From Octopus bimaculoides (Eukaryota), in contig NC_068988.1 of assembly GCF_001194135.2 (NCBI RefSeq), positions 73,220,008 to 73,284,007 of the forward strand: DNA of 64,000 nucleotides, given 5' to 3'. Within the stretch, counting starts at the first letter, position 1, and each line of letters starts with the position of its first letter. Under the pieces are notes generated by a model that was not told the origin of the DNA, searched no databases, and was given only the letters and a program-made list of their open reading frames with translations. The position numbers and the translations under genes are program-made. Of the stretch, positions 25,303 through 38,031 are shown in pieces.

Positions 25303-25520
25303 GGCAGCAAGCTGGCAGAATCATTAGCATGCTGGGCGAAATGCTTAGTGGTATTTTGTCTGCTGTTAGGTTTTGAGTTTGAATTCCGCTGAGGTCGACT
25401 TTGCCTTTCAGCCTTTCAGCGTTGATAAAATTAGTACCAGTTATGTACTGGGGTCGATGTAATCGACTTAATCCCTTTCCCCCAAATTTGAGGCCTAGTG
25501 TTTCCAGCAGAAAGGATTTA
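25303..25520 (+). mobile_element. SINE family A, near full length
   Basis: ggcagcaagctggcagaatcattagc...gaggtcgactttgcctttc...ctggggtcgatgtaatcgact. Confidence 0.85.
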
Positions 25521-25612
25521 TTAAAGTTGAAAAGTGTGATACACTGACATTCACATTTATTATATTAGATATGTTTAATTTTAGGGAAACTTTATTTCAA
25601 TTAAAGTATTTT

Positions 25613-25647
<35 letters not shown>

Positions 25648-26775
25648 GTGTGTATTAAAGAAAGCAAAATATTAAAACAAAAATGATAGTGTTTAGTATG
25701 TTGGCAACGGATTTTTATCAAAGAGACATGGTTAAACAAAGTTGTGCATCATTTCCCTCGCTCTCTCACATACCTACTATTTCTCTCACTTTTATTATTA
25801 CTCCCACTGTCACCATCAACACTACTACTTTTAATAAACCATCATCAACTCACCCTAAATTTCTTTGTCTCTCTTTCTCTCCCTCTTTCTTTCTTTCCTT
25901 CTTTCTTTCTTTCTTTCTCTCTTTCTTTCTGTCTTCACCACTGCTCTCACTGTCTCTATGCCTACTATTACTCTCACCCCATCATGAGGAATAGTAGGAG
26001 TGTCATTGAATAATGAGAGAGGGGGACTAAATGTGACACACTGACACACAGAAATTAGTTTTCGCATTTATTATATTAGATTTACAATAACTCAAAGTAT
26101 AAAACTGGCCTGAAGCCTATAAAGTAAAAGTTAAACTGTTGGGAGGTCTATTGATATAAATTTTATTACTTTCATTATGATAATAAATGAAGAGTAGTAT
26201 TACTTAAGAAGTTTGAATTGCTTTAGTGGTTTGCAGGTAAAAGGAAAGGATATGAAATGGAGACACAGTTTTCAAACAAGCTCATCGTAATCTTTTTTGA
26301 AGTGTTTGATGAATGATGTTGATGTAGAATCTCACTGATGTCTTTTTAAGACAGAAGATTATATTTATTTGCTCAATTTCATATCTTACTGCACTTATTT
26401 TATCAACTCCTGAAAGATGAGATTTTTAATTTTGATGGTTGATCAAGAAGAATATTGACAAAAGTAAGTTATGAAGTGTAAAGGACAAAAACAGTCTCTA
26501 ACTTTGATTTGGCAAATGACTCCAACTGCTGACTAGAACTTGCCACTGACAAGTAGATAGAATACTTGATTACCCCATACTCACACATTTGTTCTTGCTC
26601 TTTTACCTAATGTCATTTTCCTTGTCACTTCAGGTGTATCACCCTCAATGCCACATATTGTGAAGAGTGGACAGTTATCATGATCCAACCCTTTCTAATA
26701 TCTACCATTTTACAGAGTATTGAATGCATTTAAATGTGGCACCAATGCTAGAGAGGTTATCATGTCATTAGCTGG

Positions 26776-26817
<42 letters not shown>

Positions 26818-27582
26818 GCGCACACCCACATGCACATGAAAGTGTGGCTGTGTGGTTAAAAAGCTCTCTTTGCAACTACATAGTTCTGGGTTGAATTCTA
26901 ATGTGTGATACATTAGGCACACATTCTACTATAGCTTTAAGAGTGGAATCTATGAGGCATGATCTGTGCAGAAGCTTGTCTACACCAAATAACCACTAAC
27001 AATGGAAAATTCATCAGAAATATATAACTCACCCAATAATATAATGATGAATCATAATGGGAAAGTAATTTTTCATTTCCCTTTTATGAAATATTGTGAT
27101 AGTTGTGAAGATGCAGTACTCACCCCACATCATTTTGTATCCTGATATGGCATTGGCTAGATGGTGGGATAACAGGGGAGTGACAAAAATAAGGTTCAAA
27201 AGGTAAGTGGTATCCCATCAGCATATGCATCCTGTGTTCATGTGCTCATGAAGTCCAACTATTATTGAATTTGTTGAACACTCATAAGCTGGATTTACTT
27301 CATATAATTCTGTTCTTTCACTATCATAATACAATCTGTAATTGGTTATCAAATCTCACAATATACATTTGGAAATAAAGATTGTTTGCTTTTTTTTTAG
27401 TAATATTTTTGCCAGTGGAAGTACAGTGACCACCTTGTTACAGTAACCCTAATACACTACAGTCCATTATGTATATGTGTGTGTATCTGTATGCATGCAT
27501 GTACGCATGTACAAGGTTGGCCAAAAGTCATCTGACAGTCAATCACAACCACATTTAATTCCAAGATTAAAACAAAAAATTA

Positions 27583-28164
27583 TGGATCTTTTTTAAAACG
27601 GGGGCCACATTTTTCATTAACGAAACACTTTGAAACTTGGAACACTGGTAGAAGGTGTCATATAAAACATTTTTTTCTCTTAGTCTTCTTAAAAAAAAAA
27701 GAAATCCATAAGTTATTCCATGTTAAAGTTGTCGTATTTCTGTAATTTCAACCAATCACTGACGTCCATTCAGCCGATATACATTAAGTGCCGACTACAT
27801 AAACAAACGATTCTGAAACAATTAACCCTAACCCTAACCCTAACCCTAGAGTTAGGGTTAGGGTTAGGGTTAAAGCAAATTTAAAATGAAAAAAGCAAAT
27901 AAAACGAAGGTATGGAGATTAAATACGCTTTACATCGCTTAATCAGCCAAAGGAGTAAATATAAACAACTGAATACTTGTCAGTGATTGGTTGAAATTAT
28001 CGAAATAAGACAATTTTTTACATGAAGTAAATTCGAATACAAAAATATTTTTCTGTTCTATAACACAAAATAGATAAGTATACGAAGTTTGAAAGTCTTT
28101 CCGTACCAAAAACACTACGTAAAACATTAATGAAAAATGTGGCCCCCGTTTTAAAATAGATCCA
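27583..28164. mobile_element. Fold-back element with ~40-bp TIRs, an internal IR and a central telomeric palindrome
   Basis: tggatc..aaaacgggggccacatttttcattaa / ttaatgaaaaatgtggcccccgttttaaaatagatcca; internal IR taatttcaaccaatcactgac / gtcagtgattggttgaaatta. Confidence 0.8.
27822..27873. repeat. Head-to-head (CCCTAA)n/(TTAGGG)n telomeric-repeat palindrome
   Basis: tt(aaccct)4-agagtt(agggtt)3aa: a 52-bp palindrome centred on CTAG with one mismatch. Confidence 0.95.
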
Positions 28165-28344
28165 AAATTATTTTATATGAAACTTTGTTAATAAATAGAC
28201 AAATGTTGAAAAAGAAAACAGTGATTTTAACTCACAGCATTCAATTATTAAATATTCATTATTTGAATGAATAAATAAAATGGAATATTAAATATTTATG
28301 GAATTTTGATTTACTGTTGGGTGACTTTTGGCCTATACTGTATG

Positions 28345-28440
28345 TATTCTTTTTATTCTTTTATTCTTTTATTTGTTTTAGTCATTTGACTGTGGCCATG
28401 CTGCCTTAAAGGGTTTTTTAGTCAAAGAAATCAACCCCAG
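28345..28440 (-). mobile_element. SINE family B, 3' end
   Basis: tattcttttattctttt..gtcatttgactgtggccatgctg..tcaacccca, the reverse complement of the family tail. Confidence 0.75.
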
Positions 28441-30154
28441 TATAGCTTTAGTTAAGCTATACACAAAAAAAAAAAATTAACAGAGACCCAGAATGTGTTA
28501 GTGAAAAATTTATTTAGTTAAACACACGAGGGCAACAGCTGCCAGTCAACTCCTACTTCGTAGAAAACCCACTTAACCGGAAGTCAACTTTGCTGTAGAA
28601 CAGCTCCCTAGCTAGCCCACAGCAAAGTTCCTGTCTACAGTTCATCTGTCATAAATCCTTGAGCAGTGCCCTACATATAGCTTCCCACCAGAACTGTTGA
28701 CTGTCATTGGAACCAGGAAGGTGTTTTAACTGCCTTGCCCTTGTGTGTGTGGTTACTTGGCTCTTTGGTGACTGTTCCTTGCTAAGAGTTGGTGTGATCT
28801 GCCTGGGGCGGCCCCTGTTTGGTGGTTGAGCTACTTGGATGGGCCAGTTTCAACCTATTGATGGAAACTGTGTCTTGTTATCCGCCAATTAGGAGTTGGA
28901 ATGATTTGTCTCCCACACATATCACTTCATATGTGCCATCATAAGGTGAATGAAGGGGTTTTCATTGTGTGTCATGTGAAACAAACACGAACTTGGCTGT
29001 GCGGAGTAGGGATGAATCAGGTGTACCATGTGTTGACATGGAAATAGGGCGCAACTGGCCCACACTGTCTATCAGTTGCACCAGATATCTTTTGACATCT
29101 GGGTTTGACTTTGTGTTCAGAAGGAAGTCTCTTGGAACTGTAAGAAGGGCATTATACACCATTTCTGCAGAAGAAGTGTTGAGATTTTTCTGATCATTGA
29201 TGCATTGTTCCAAAATGACCCCAATGGCTGTGTTGAAGGCATCAACTGTGTGTGCAGTCCAAGCTGACATATGAGGATGGGGCAGCATGGTTGATTAGCC
29301 AGGGCTTGTTTTGTGGATTTGAAGGCTGAGGTCATTGCACCATCCCACTCCATCTGTCTTTTTGAACCATTTTTTGACAGTGTCTTGTATAGGGGTCTCA
29401 TCACTCTTGCCACAAGGAATGAAGCGATAGTAAAAGTTGACCCTGCCCAGAAATTGGTGTAGAGTCTTGCTTGTGGTGAGGTGTGGAAAGGATAAGATAG
29501 GTTTCACTTTTCCTGGCTAGGGTGTAGCACCAGCACCTGTGATTTGATGTCCCAAGGAGTCAATTTCTGTAACACCAAAAACACTGTTCCAGTCTATGAA
29601 AAAGAGTCACTAGGTGCTTCTTGTGTAGCTCCACATTTTGACTTGCCATAAGGATATCATCTAAGTATGCAAAGACAAAATCAGTGTCCATCAAGCATTG
29701 GAAGGTTTGTGCTGCAATTTTCATAGAGCCCAAAAAGAGTGATCACAGTGGCTTTAGGTACATCAATGTCTTGTATTGATATTTGGTGGTAACCTCGGAT
29801 GAGGTCAACCTTTGAGAAAATCGAGCACTCAGCTAGCTGGGCTGGGAAGTCCTGTATGTGTGGAATGGGGTAACAGTTGGGTGTCATGTCTGCATTGAGA
29901 TGGCGGTAATCTCTGCAAGGTCGCCAACCTCCATTGGGTTTCGGTGCCACATGCAGAGGTTACGACCAGAGACTGTTTGATCGGCAAACAATGCCCAATG
30001 CCTCCATATTGTCAAACTCAGCCTTTGCAATAACAAGTTTGTCTGGTGATAGGTGATGTGTGTGGCTGTGCACTGGGGAGGGGGAATGGCGGAAATGTGG
30101 TGTGTCATTCTGTGGCGGGCTGTAAGTTTGGAGAATGCTAGGGTAGTGAGATTG
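28441..30154 (-). mobile_element. Gypsy/Ty3 LTR retrotransposon relic (RT, deleted RNaseH/integrase core, integrase C-terminus, putative 3' LTR)
   Basis: PLHVAPKPNGGWRPCRDYRHLN, FSKVDLIRGYHQI, FAYLDDIL; DAFNTAIGVILEQ fused to SSAEMVY..LTVP..LRP..FVFV. PPT-like tctggtgggaagcta followed by TGTAGGG at 28675, with AATAAA downstream. Confidence 0.85.
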
Positions 30155-30262
30155 ATCAGCCCAAGTTTATAGTAGAAGGCACTTGCCCAAGATGCCATAC
30201 TGTGGGACAACCCAGAACCATGTGGTTGGGAAGCAAGCTTCTTACCACACAGCCATGCCTGT
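30155..30262 (-). mobile_element. SINE family B, 5' part
   Basis: Minus-strand caggcatggctgtgtggtaagaagcttgcttcccaaccacatgg..cttctactata. Confidence 0.8.
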
Positions 30263-30479
30263 ATGTTCATTATTTTTCATTTTTAATCATTTAAATTCTT
30301 CCTGTAAGGAAGAAACTGGTTCCTAAGATACAAAACTCCATCATTGGAATGTAGATTAGAAAAGAAAATTCATATTTTAAACTTGAGTAAAGTTTTGCAT
30401 ATATTTATTATTTTGCTTACAAATCATATTTGTAATGTGCATGTTAACTGGTTGATTTACTCACAAAACCAAATATACC

Positions 30480-31020
30480 AATTATTATCAGTATAAATGT
30501 GAATTTATAATCTGCTTATAGAGATTTGAAGTAGTTGTCTGTAGTTATCCTCTTTCTCTTTGATTTTTTCAAAGACATATTCACTTCAGTAGGGCAACTG
30601 TTCCCTATGATAGTACATACTTTTTCTTGTAACAACTATATCTAGCCTGTTATGTTTGTGTTTGGTAAAAGTTTTGATGGGAATATTCCACCAATATTCC
30701 TTGTGTTGCTGAGTACTTCAACAATGGGATTCTCTACTTTTATCCCAGGACAAACTTTTTTCTTATGGCATTCTATATTGTTTTAGCAACACCAAGTCAC
30801 ATTGAGAGGTAGTACCTTAATGACATTTTTGGGCAGCAACTGATCACATGTAATGTCTTCTAAGAAAAGCAACATAATTGACATTTTTGGTTACATCTTG
30901 TGGCTTCACTGATCTCTTTGTTTATTAGGTATTTTATAGTAATCTCTTGCCCTTGGATTGCAAGCACAGTCTTTGAAGTGTGATGTAATGTAGTGGCCAT
31001 GAGCCTAAAGAGAGTTGCAT
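30480..31020 (-). mobile_element. R4/Dong-like non-LTR retrotransposon C-terminus (CCHC knuckle plus restriction-like endonuclease)
   Basis: Frameshifted TSHF...AIQGQEI.IKYL, KCQLC...EDI.HVISCCPKMS.RYY, EYWWNIPIKT..KHNRLDIVV, SCP.EVN..K.KEKEDNY. Confidence 0.7.
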
Positions 31021-31807
31021 TTCATGTTAATTTTAATGTGTGTGGTTGTGTGTATACTCACATGGCTGCTTGTTTGTGAGAGTGTGTGCGTGTGTGCGTG
31101 TGTGTGTGTGCGTGCGTGTGTGTGTGTGTGCATTAACCATCTGTGACCTCTAAGAGTTTGGCCTTCTGTTTCAGGTCAGTTTGGTCTCTCATCTGCTGTA
31201 GGGTTTGTTTTGTTATCCCATAAAGATTTTGGGTGTAGATCCTTATATGGGGATGTGGGGATTTTAGGTGTAGTTCTTTATGTGGGCAGGTGTGAGGGTG
31301 TGTGTGTGCGTGTGTGTGTGCGCCTGCATGTGTGTATGGTATGGTGGATTTTCTAAATAAGTAAGCATCTAAGTATGTTGTGTGTGCACTTGTGTATGTA
31401 TGTATTCATGTGTGCATGTGTGTGTGTGGAGTGCATATGTCTGTGTGTTTGTTGTGTGGGTGTGTGGTTGTGCATTCTTGCATTCTTGTGTATGTATATT
31501 TATGCATGCATGTGGATGTTATGGTTGTGCATTCAGATGGTGCATAATTACATGTATTTATTGTGGAGGTGTGTGTCTTTGTGGTTTGGCTTTGGACTCA
31601 TGATCATAAGATTGTGGTTTTGAGTCCTGAACTGGGTAACGTATGTCTGTGTGTTTGTGTGTGTGAGTCAGTCAGTGTTCGGTTTTATTTCAAGATTTCT
31701 TGCTAGTAGAGAAAGAGCTGGTTTTTAACCTAGATCCAAGGCACCTTTACTGGAATTTCAACATCAACAACAGGGTATGTAAGTATGTATGTATGTATGT
31801 ATGTATT

Positions 31808-32030
31808 ATGGGGCACGTAGCTTAGTGGTTTGGGTGTTGCACTCATGATTGCTAAACCGTGATTTCAATTCCTAGACTGGGTGGTGTGTTGTGTTCTTGA
31901 GCAAAACACTTCATCTCACATTGCTCTGTGATTACTTTAACACCTGATGTGTGGTACACAGTGCATGTAATCAAACAACATCAATTTGATGGAGAGTGTG
32001 AGCTAATCTGCAGCATGAATATTTGATCAT
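31808..32030 (+). mobile_element. SINE family C (tRNA-derived)
   Basis: gggcacgtagcttagtggtt A-box-like motif, gatttcaattcc B-box-like motif and gtgttcttgagcaaaacact; related heads at 31580 and 63920. Confidence 0.7.
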
Positions 32031-32138
32031 TCTGAATGCTCATTCTTCATCTTTGATAGGCGAGTCCATCATATGTTTGTCTGTCTGTCTGTCTGTATGT
32101 ATGTATGGATGGATGGATGGATGCATGTATATATGTAT

Positions 32139-32714
32139 TTCCAACTGTTCTTTCAGTTCATGACACACATTCAGTCGTAACTGCTTTTGATCTTCTGTGA
32201 GCGAGTGAGGCACAAATTTTCTGCAACTCTTTCATTCACAATTCCTCACTCAAAATTCACTGGCAGGAGTTCCAGGACACACCAGTCATATCAACAAGTT
32301 TGCCAATTGTTCAGTGATGGTTCTCCATGATCAATTCATGAATTTTCTTGATGTTTACATTCGTTTGGGAGGTTGACAGATGCCTTGAACAAGGTTGCTC
32401 TTCAAGTGACAAGTGACCATTCCTAAAGTATGAAAACCACCTGTAAACTTGTGTTTTACTCATAGCAGTATCCTTGTAAGCTGTTTGAAGTATGACAACA
32501 GTTTCAGCTGTGATTTTCCCCAGCAGAAAACAGAATTTCATGGAAGCACTGCAAAACAAAAACACATCATGTGGCAGTATGACTCCAGTTGATAACACTG
32601 GTTGGCAGACTGATGCCTGAGGATCGCATCAAGTGGCTTCTAGCCGTGGAAGCCTGAATTAGAATGGTCTCGTCCCACAGAGAATGTTTCTGGTTACTTT
32701 TGCGTACCCTCTTG
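32139..32714 (-). mobile_element. Mariner relic (5' TIR plus transposase N-terminal HTH), truncated
   Basis: MKFCFLLGKITAETVVILQTAYKDTAMSKTQVYRWFSYFRNG..LEEQPCS; end TA|caagagggtacgcaaaagtaaccagaa; homologous to 63250-63866. Confidence 0.85.
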
Positions 32715-33197
32715 TATAGTGATAGGTATGGCTATGCAGACACAGAATTTGTTTAACAACCACTTAGCTTTGGATTCTATCCCAGTGAGTGATATTTTTT
32801 CTTCTACTATAGTCTGAAGCCAATCAATACATCGTGAGCAGAGATGGTGGTCAGAAACTATGTGTAAGCATGCTGTGTGTATATGTATGTGTATATGCGT
32901 GCATGAGTGTGTGCCACTGCACATGTTGTGTGTGAACTTCATGTTGTTGTATCATACCATTGAAGCAAAATAGTGATGTTGTCTGTACAGAGCAATAGAA
33001 TGTATTGTCTGCAGGGAATACCCTGCAGACAACACATTCTGTTGCTCTGTACTTTCAAAGACCATTGAAATCAAAAATCCCTCATTTGGAAAACAGGTAA
33101 GGGTTGGTGAAAAGAAAGGCATCCGGCCATAAAATATTCCTCAAATATATCCCTGTCCATGCTAGCAAGGAAAATGGTTCTAAAATGCATGAACAAA

Positions 33198-33445
33198 TCA
33201 TCATCATCATCATCATCATCGTTTAACGTCCGCTTTCCATGCTAGCATGGGTTGGACGATTTGACTGAGGACTGGTGAAACCAGATGGCTACACCAGGCT
33301 CCAATCTGATTTGGCAGAGTTTCTACAGCTGGATGCCCTTCCTAACGCCAACCACTCAGGCGGTACTGGCAACGGCCATGCTCAAAATGGTGTATTTTAT
33401 GTGCCACCCGCACAAGAACCAGTCCAGGAGCACTGGCAACGATCT
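33198..33445 (-). mobile_element. RTE-family 3' tail, (GAT)n
   Basis: (tca)n gtttaacgtccgctttccatgctagcatgggttggac..ggatgcccttcctaacgccaaccac; shares the adjoining segment with 57271-57350. Confidence 0.85.
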
Positions 33446-33654
33446 AGTCTTAGATATTTTTCACCAAAGTGCTCTACAGATGTTTGTATAAATTTTGAAT
33501 GATTTGAGGCTGTGACATACAGTGAAAGAATAAATGGAATGAGTTAACTTCTGATTCATGAGGTAAAGGATACAGTAGCAAGTCTTACATTAGAGAACAC
33601 TACAGGAAGTGCCTAACATTTGTACAAGCATAAACACACACATGAACGCATGCA

Positions 33655-33694
<40 letters not shown>

Positions 33695-33704
33695 NNNNNN
33701 NNNN

Positions 33705-33748
<44 letters not shown>

Positions 33749-34139
33749 CATGAGCATGCACATACACATACATATGCACATGAATACATGCACACACACA
33801 GTGGTACTGTTAGCATCCTTCTAATGTTGATGTATATACATGTCTCTCTATGATGTAGTGATGAAGTGCTCTTGCAGAGAAGTTAATCACTCTCTTTCAA
33901 CATTTCTGTTGCAATGTTATCCAGTCCTGAAAACTTCTTGTTTTTTTTAAAAAGTTTGATGGTTATTATAGCAGAACTGCAAAGTGTGGAACTTAGGGAT
34001 CCCCTTTCATTTTCCATGCAGTTGTCAGGGTGCTTTTGAAGCTTTCAGTTTGATAGCTAGTGTATAAATAAAGTCCTTAAAAATATTGAGACTATTGTGT
34101 TTGCCACATTTGAGCCTTCTGCACCTGTGTATTTCTGTA

Positions 34140-35042
34140 TACGTATATAACCATGCTAGAAGGAAAGTGTCAAATTTGTCTACAATGTCAAGGTCAACCA
34201 AAAGAATGTCTCTGTCCAGAGAAAGAGAGATAGCTACAGAAAGGGAAGTGCACTACAAAAGCCAGAGCATCTCAAAGTGATGAACGGAGGTATGTATGGC
34301 TGACAAGGAATAGGGTCTCCACTGAAGAATGAAGAGCGGTTGCAACAGCTCAGAGAAGCAATTTCTCTGAAGCACCTTTCAATTATGATCCAGCAGTTCA
34401 TTATGCAGATGACATGAGAGTTACCATTGGTGCAATGACAACTGAGTGCATACATTGTAAAGCAAGGAAGAGGCCTGTAGAGACACATGCTTTGTGCTGC
34501 AGTGGTGGAAAGGTTAAACTCCCTGCAATCCCCCAACCTCTAGAGCCATTGAAGAAACTGTTGTCATCAACTGACCAAGATTCCGAGCACTTCCAAAACA
34601 AAATTAGACAATACAACGCTGTACTACAGATGACATCATTTGGAGCCACAAGAGATTTAACTGAGCCAGGATTGATGCAAACTTTCAAGATCCAAGGTCA
34701 GATTTATCATTGGATTGTCTCTCTACTACCTCTGTCTGTCAAATGAATCACCAAAATCGGCCTTTCATTGTTTATAATTTGTACCTGTTTTTTTGTTACG
34801 AAATAAGCTACACAAAATGTGTTTTTGAATTATGTGTATATACTTTATATACATATATGAATTGAAAACTTTCTTTTAACATTTCAATTAATGTCTATGT
34901 TCCATGCTGGCATGGGTTGGAGAGTTATTAATGTAGAAATTTGGTATCTCAGCTACTAGCAGTTGAGACCTGTGTAATCGAGATGGCGTTCTTAAATTTC
35001 ATTATTCTCTTTAACGCAGGCAACGCTGGGTATTTCTGCTAG
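34140..35042 (+). mobile_element. Internally deleted Helitron with RepHel N-terminal coding fragment
   Basis: ORF 34414-34746: IGAM..EC.HCKA.K..E...CC.GGKV.LP..P.PLEPL..IRQYN..QMTSFGA..TFKIQGQIYH.I.SLLP. 3' gcaggcaacgctgggtatttctgCTAG|t at 35039-35042. The 5' boundary is approximate. Confidence 0.9.
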
Positions 35043-36686
35043 TACTTGTATAAAATGAAACAGACTAAACATTTGTGGTTGTTATAATATTGGTGAACTT
35101 GACAGAATCCATACCTGAACTTTGATTTTTGGTTGTAATCACTTTATTTCTATAGCTAATAGTTTGAATAACAATGTATAACGAATGTTTCATTGGCTGA
35201 GAGTGATGAGTGTGATGAACCTAGAATAGACAAGAAACACCCCAGTATATTCCCCACAAAACTTTTAATTTGAGTTTTAATCCAAACTCATTTTTACCAA
35301 GTTTATATATATATATATATATATATTTACAATAGACTACATCATATGCTGTCTGGTACCAGATATAATGAACCTCAATAACATAGATAATATTAAAGGA
35401 GTACTTTACCCAGGTAGACTATAACAGGTATGATTGTTTGCTTTCTTATTAAATGTTTGATTAACTCTGGTTTTAATCCCAAACAATCTTCTCAACATGA
35501 CTGTGTTGACATAAAATAGATTAACTTGTGTCAGAAAAAAGTCACTCATGAGGATCCACAAAGCATGGTCTCTATAATATTAAGTGAATGAGATTTAAAT
35601 CTTTGCCTCTATAGAATGCTGGTCTATAGCAGGATCTGTTTTGCCAGAGCAATTGAATTCAGAGTTGTTGGCCAACAAAATATTTATCAATTAGAATAGG
35701 TGCTGTTACTACTTACATCGTTATATTATATCATCTGCAGTTTCTATGGATAGCTAGGTGGATTCAGTTGTTAAGATCTAAGACCAACATATATTTTATA
35801 CACATGATATAATACATTGTATGTTAATTGTGAAATACATATGTAACTTTTTCCCAAGAGATGCTGAAACCAGCAGAACTGTCTGGAGTTTAATTTCCCT
35901 ATGACACCTTCAGGGATTTAAAACAGTTAAGAAGGAAGAGTCTAATTAAGAAAACTATTTGTTTAAATCTCTTTTAGCATCCTTTGTTTCCTGAGGCCCA
36001 CTGAACATTATTAATATAATGTTATCATGTACACACACCTTCGACTTCCATTGACTTCTGTCAACATATAAAACACTTTTCAACTTACTGAGAAACATCT
36101 GTTACTCTACCAACTATTAGAAATGGCTTCAAACACTCCTTTCCTTCACTCCTTTTATTTCTCTTCTTTCTGTCTATATCTGAAACCTCAATGGAACACA
36201 ATGCTTCCTTCAAACCATGCTCTTAAAAAAAGAAATAAATACTTCAGCATTTAACTAATTACATTTCCCAGTTGTTTTCTTTTTCCTGTTTTTTTTAATA
36301 TTCTTTGCTGGTATTCTTTCTAAATATTTCCACTATAGTTTCCTGAAAGTTCCTGTAGTTCACTTTACAGGATGTTAAGCCATTGACAGATATTTTTCAT
36401 CTAGGATAGATTGTCAGTGTACTGCAAATTGAGTGATTTGGCCAGGATGGACAGAGCCAATCCTTTGACTTTATGGTTACAGAAGACTTAAACCCATGAT
36501 CAGCTGGTGCCTTATCCACTTAGTTACTTTGCTTGTATAATAAATAAAACTAGAACAGTTGTGAAATATGTAGTAAATAAAATTTTTATACACATCACTG
36601 TCTTTTACTGATTTTTGATGATATCCTGGTTGATCAACTTCATTAGATATTGGACAACCAGTTAAGAGTTTCATATCAAGTGCTGC

Positions 36687-36838
36687 CACTAACATAGTTA
36701 GAGGAGGGTGGATGGGGCAGTCCTCCCCAGGCAGCACCACTTTTGGGTCTGCTGTATGCAACATGTATTTTTTGTGGTGCCCAGGCACAGCAAACTGAAG
36801 AGCCACCCCAGGTGGCACACACTCTAGCTACACTAGTG
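36687..36838. mobile_element. hAT-type MITE
   Basis: TIRs cactaacatagttagag / ctctagctacactagtg; 8-bp TSD agtgctgc (36679-36686) and agtgctac (36839-36846). Confidence 0.8.
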
Positions 36839-37566
36839 AGTGCTACTATTGGAATATGACTGTTTGTCCAAGGAATTGGACCAATAATCATATTCCACAA
36901 ATAGTGCTGCTATGATACTTGACTCTTAACTGGTCATGATGACCTAGCTATAAGTAGATATCAAGCAACAGAAGCAACTTACTATATGTAGCAGTAACAG
37001 CAACATTAGCAAGTTTTTCTTAAACTTTCAACACTAACTTAAACTTTAGTAGTCTTACTCATTTTATTTTAACTTTTCAGTCTCAACTAAAGCCCTACAA
37101 TTATTTCAATTGGCATTTGCATTGAATCTTAGCCCTGGTTCTATTTACTGACTGTGTAGTTGTTAGTGTGAAACAATCTATTCTGTTTGCATGAAACTCA
37201 TAATAAACAAGCATTAACTATGAAACATTAACTATAATAAGTCTGTAAATTAACACCACTACTTTCTTAGTATGATTTTTAAACATTTTATATAAACAAC
37301 TGTAGAATTTAATTTTCAGTAGTTATAAAAACAACATGAAAGACTAAGTTCTTCTTATGGTTGCACTCCATTAATTACTACATTTTAATTGGCTTCATAC
37401 AGATGTCCACTTCAATATCACTGATGCTGATGACCCATTACATTTTCTATGATTAATTCATTATTAATATTTCCATATCAAATCATATTTATATTCTACT
37501 TAAGCTTCAACATCAATTGTATAGTCTAGGAACCATACACACATAAACATGCATGCATGCACGCAC

Positions 37567-37612
<46 letters not shown>

Positions 37613-38031
37613 TCACAAAACCTTCTTTAGGGGATTTTGCATCAACAGTACCTTCTTTCTCTCTGACCTTTATCTTCCTTTGGCATCCATTCTGCTTAAC
37701 CTGAATAACAACCACTACCACTTACACTTCAAAATTTTTCCTATTTTGTCATTTTCATTGTTATCTTTTCATCTTTACTCTTAGTTTTATTTTTATTTAT
37801 CACTTTCCCACTTCCTACAAACTAATATCATCAATTAGTAACTGTTAGTGAAACTGAAAGCTTTGGCAAAACTGAAATCTGCTGGGTAATGCGAAAGCAT
37901 TGTGTCATTTTCATTAAATCATACATTATACTGTGTAAAATAAAAGTGTTGGATTAATATGGCTTCTGAAAGATTAGCATTTTCAACTTTTCCATGTAGA
38001 ACATATCACAATTTTAAATCTAGATAAAGTA

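Larger units (their letters stand above)
27512..28340. mobile_element. Tc1/mariner-type MITE, interrupted by a fold-back element
   Basis: TA|caaggttggccaaaagtcatctgacagt ... actgttgggtgacttttggcctatactg|TA; TA TSD on both sides. Confidence 0.75.

Noticed and set aside
36795-36822. CTGAAGA followed by a strong GCCACC/GGTGGC hairpin
   Set aside because: Followed by ACAC rather than GAAA; it is an internal part of the hAT MITE.
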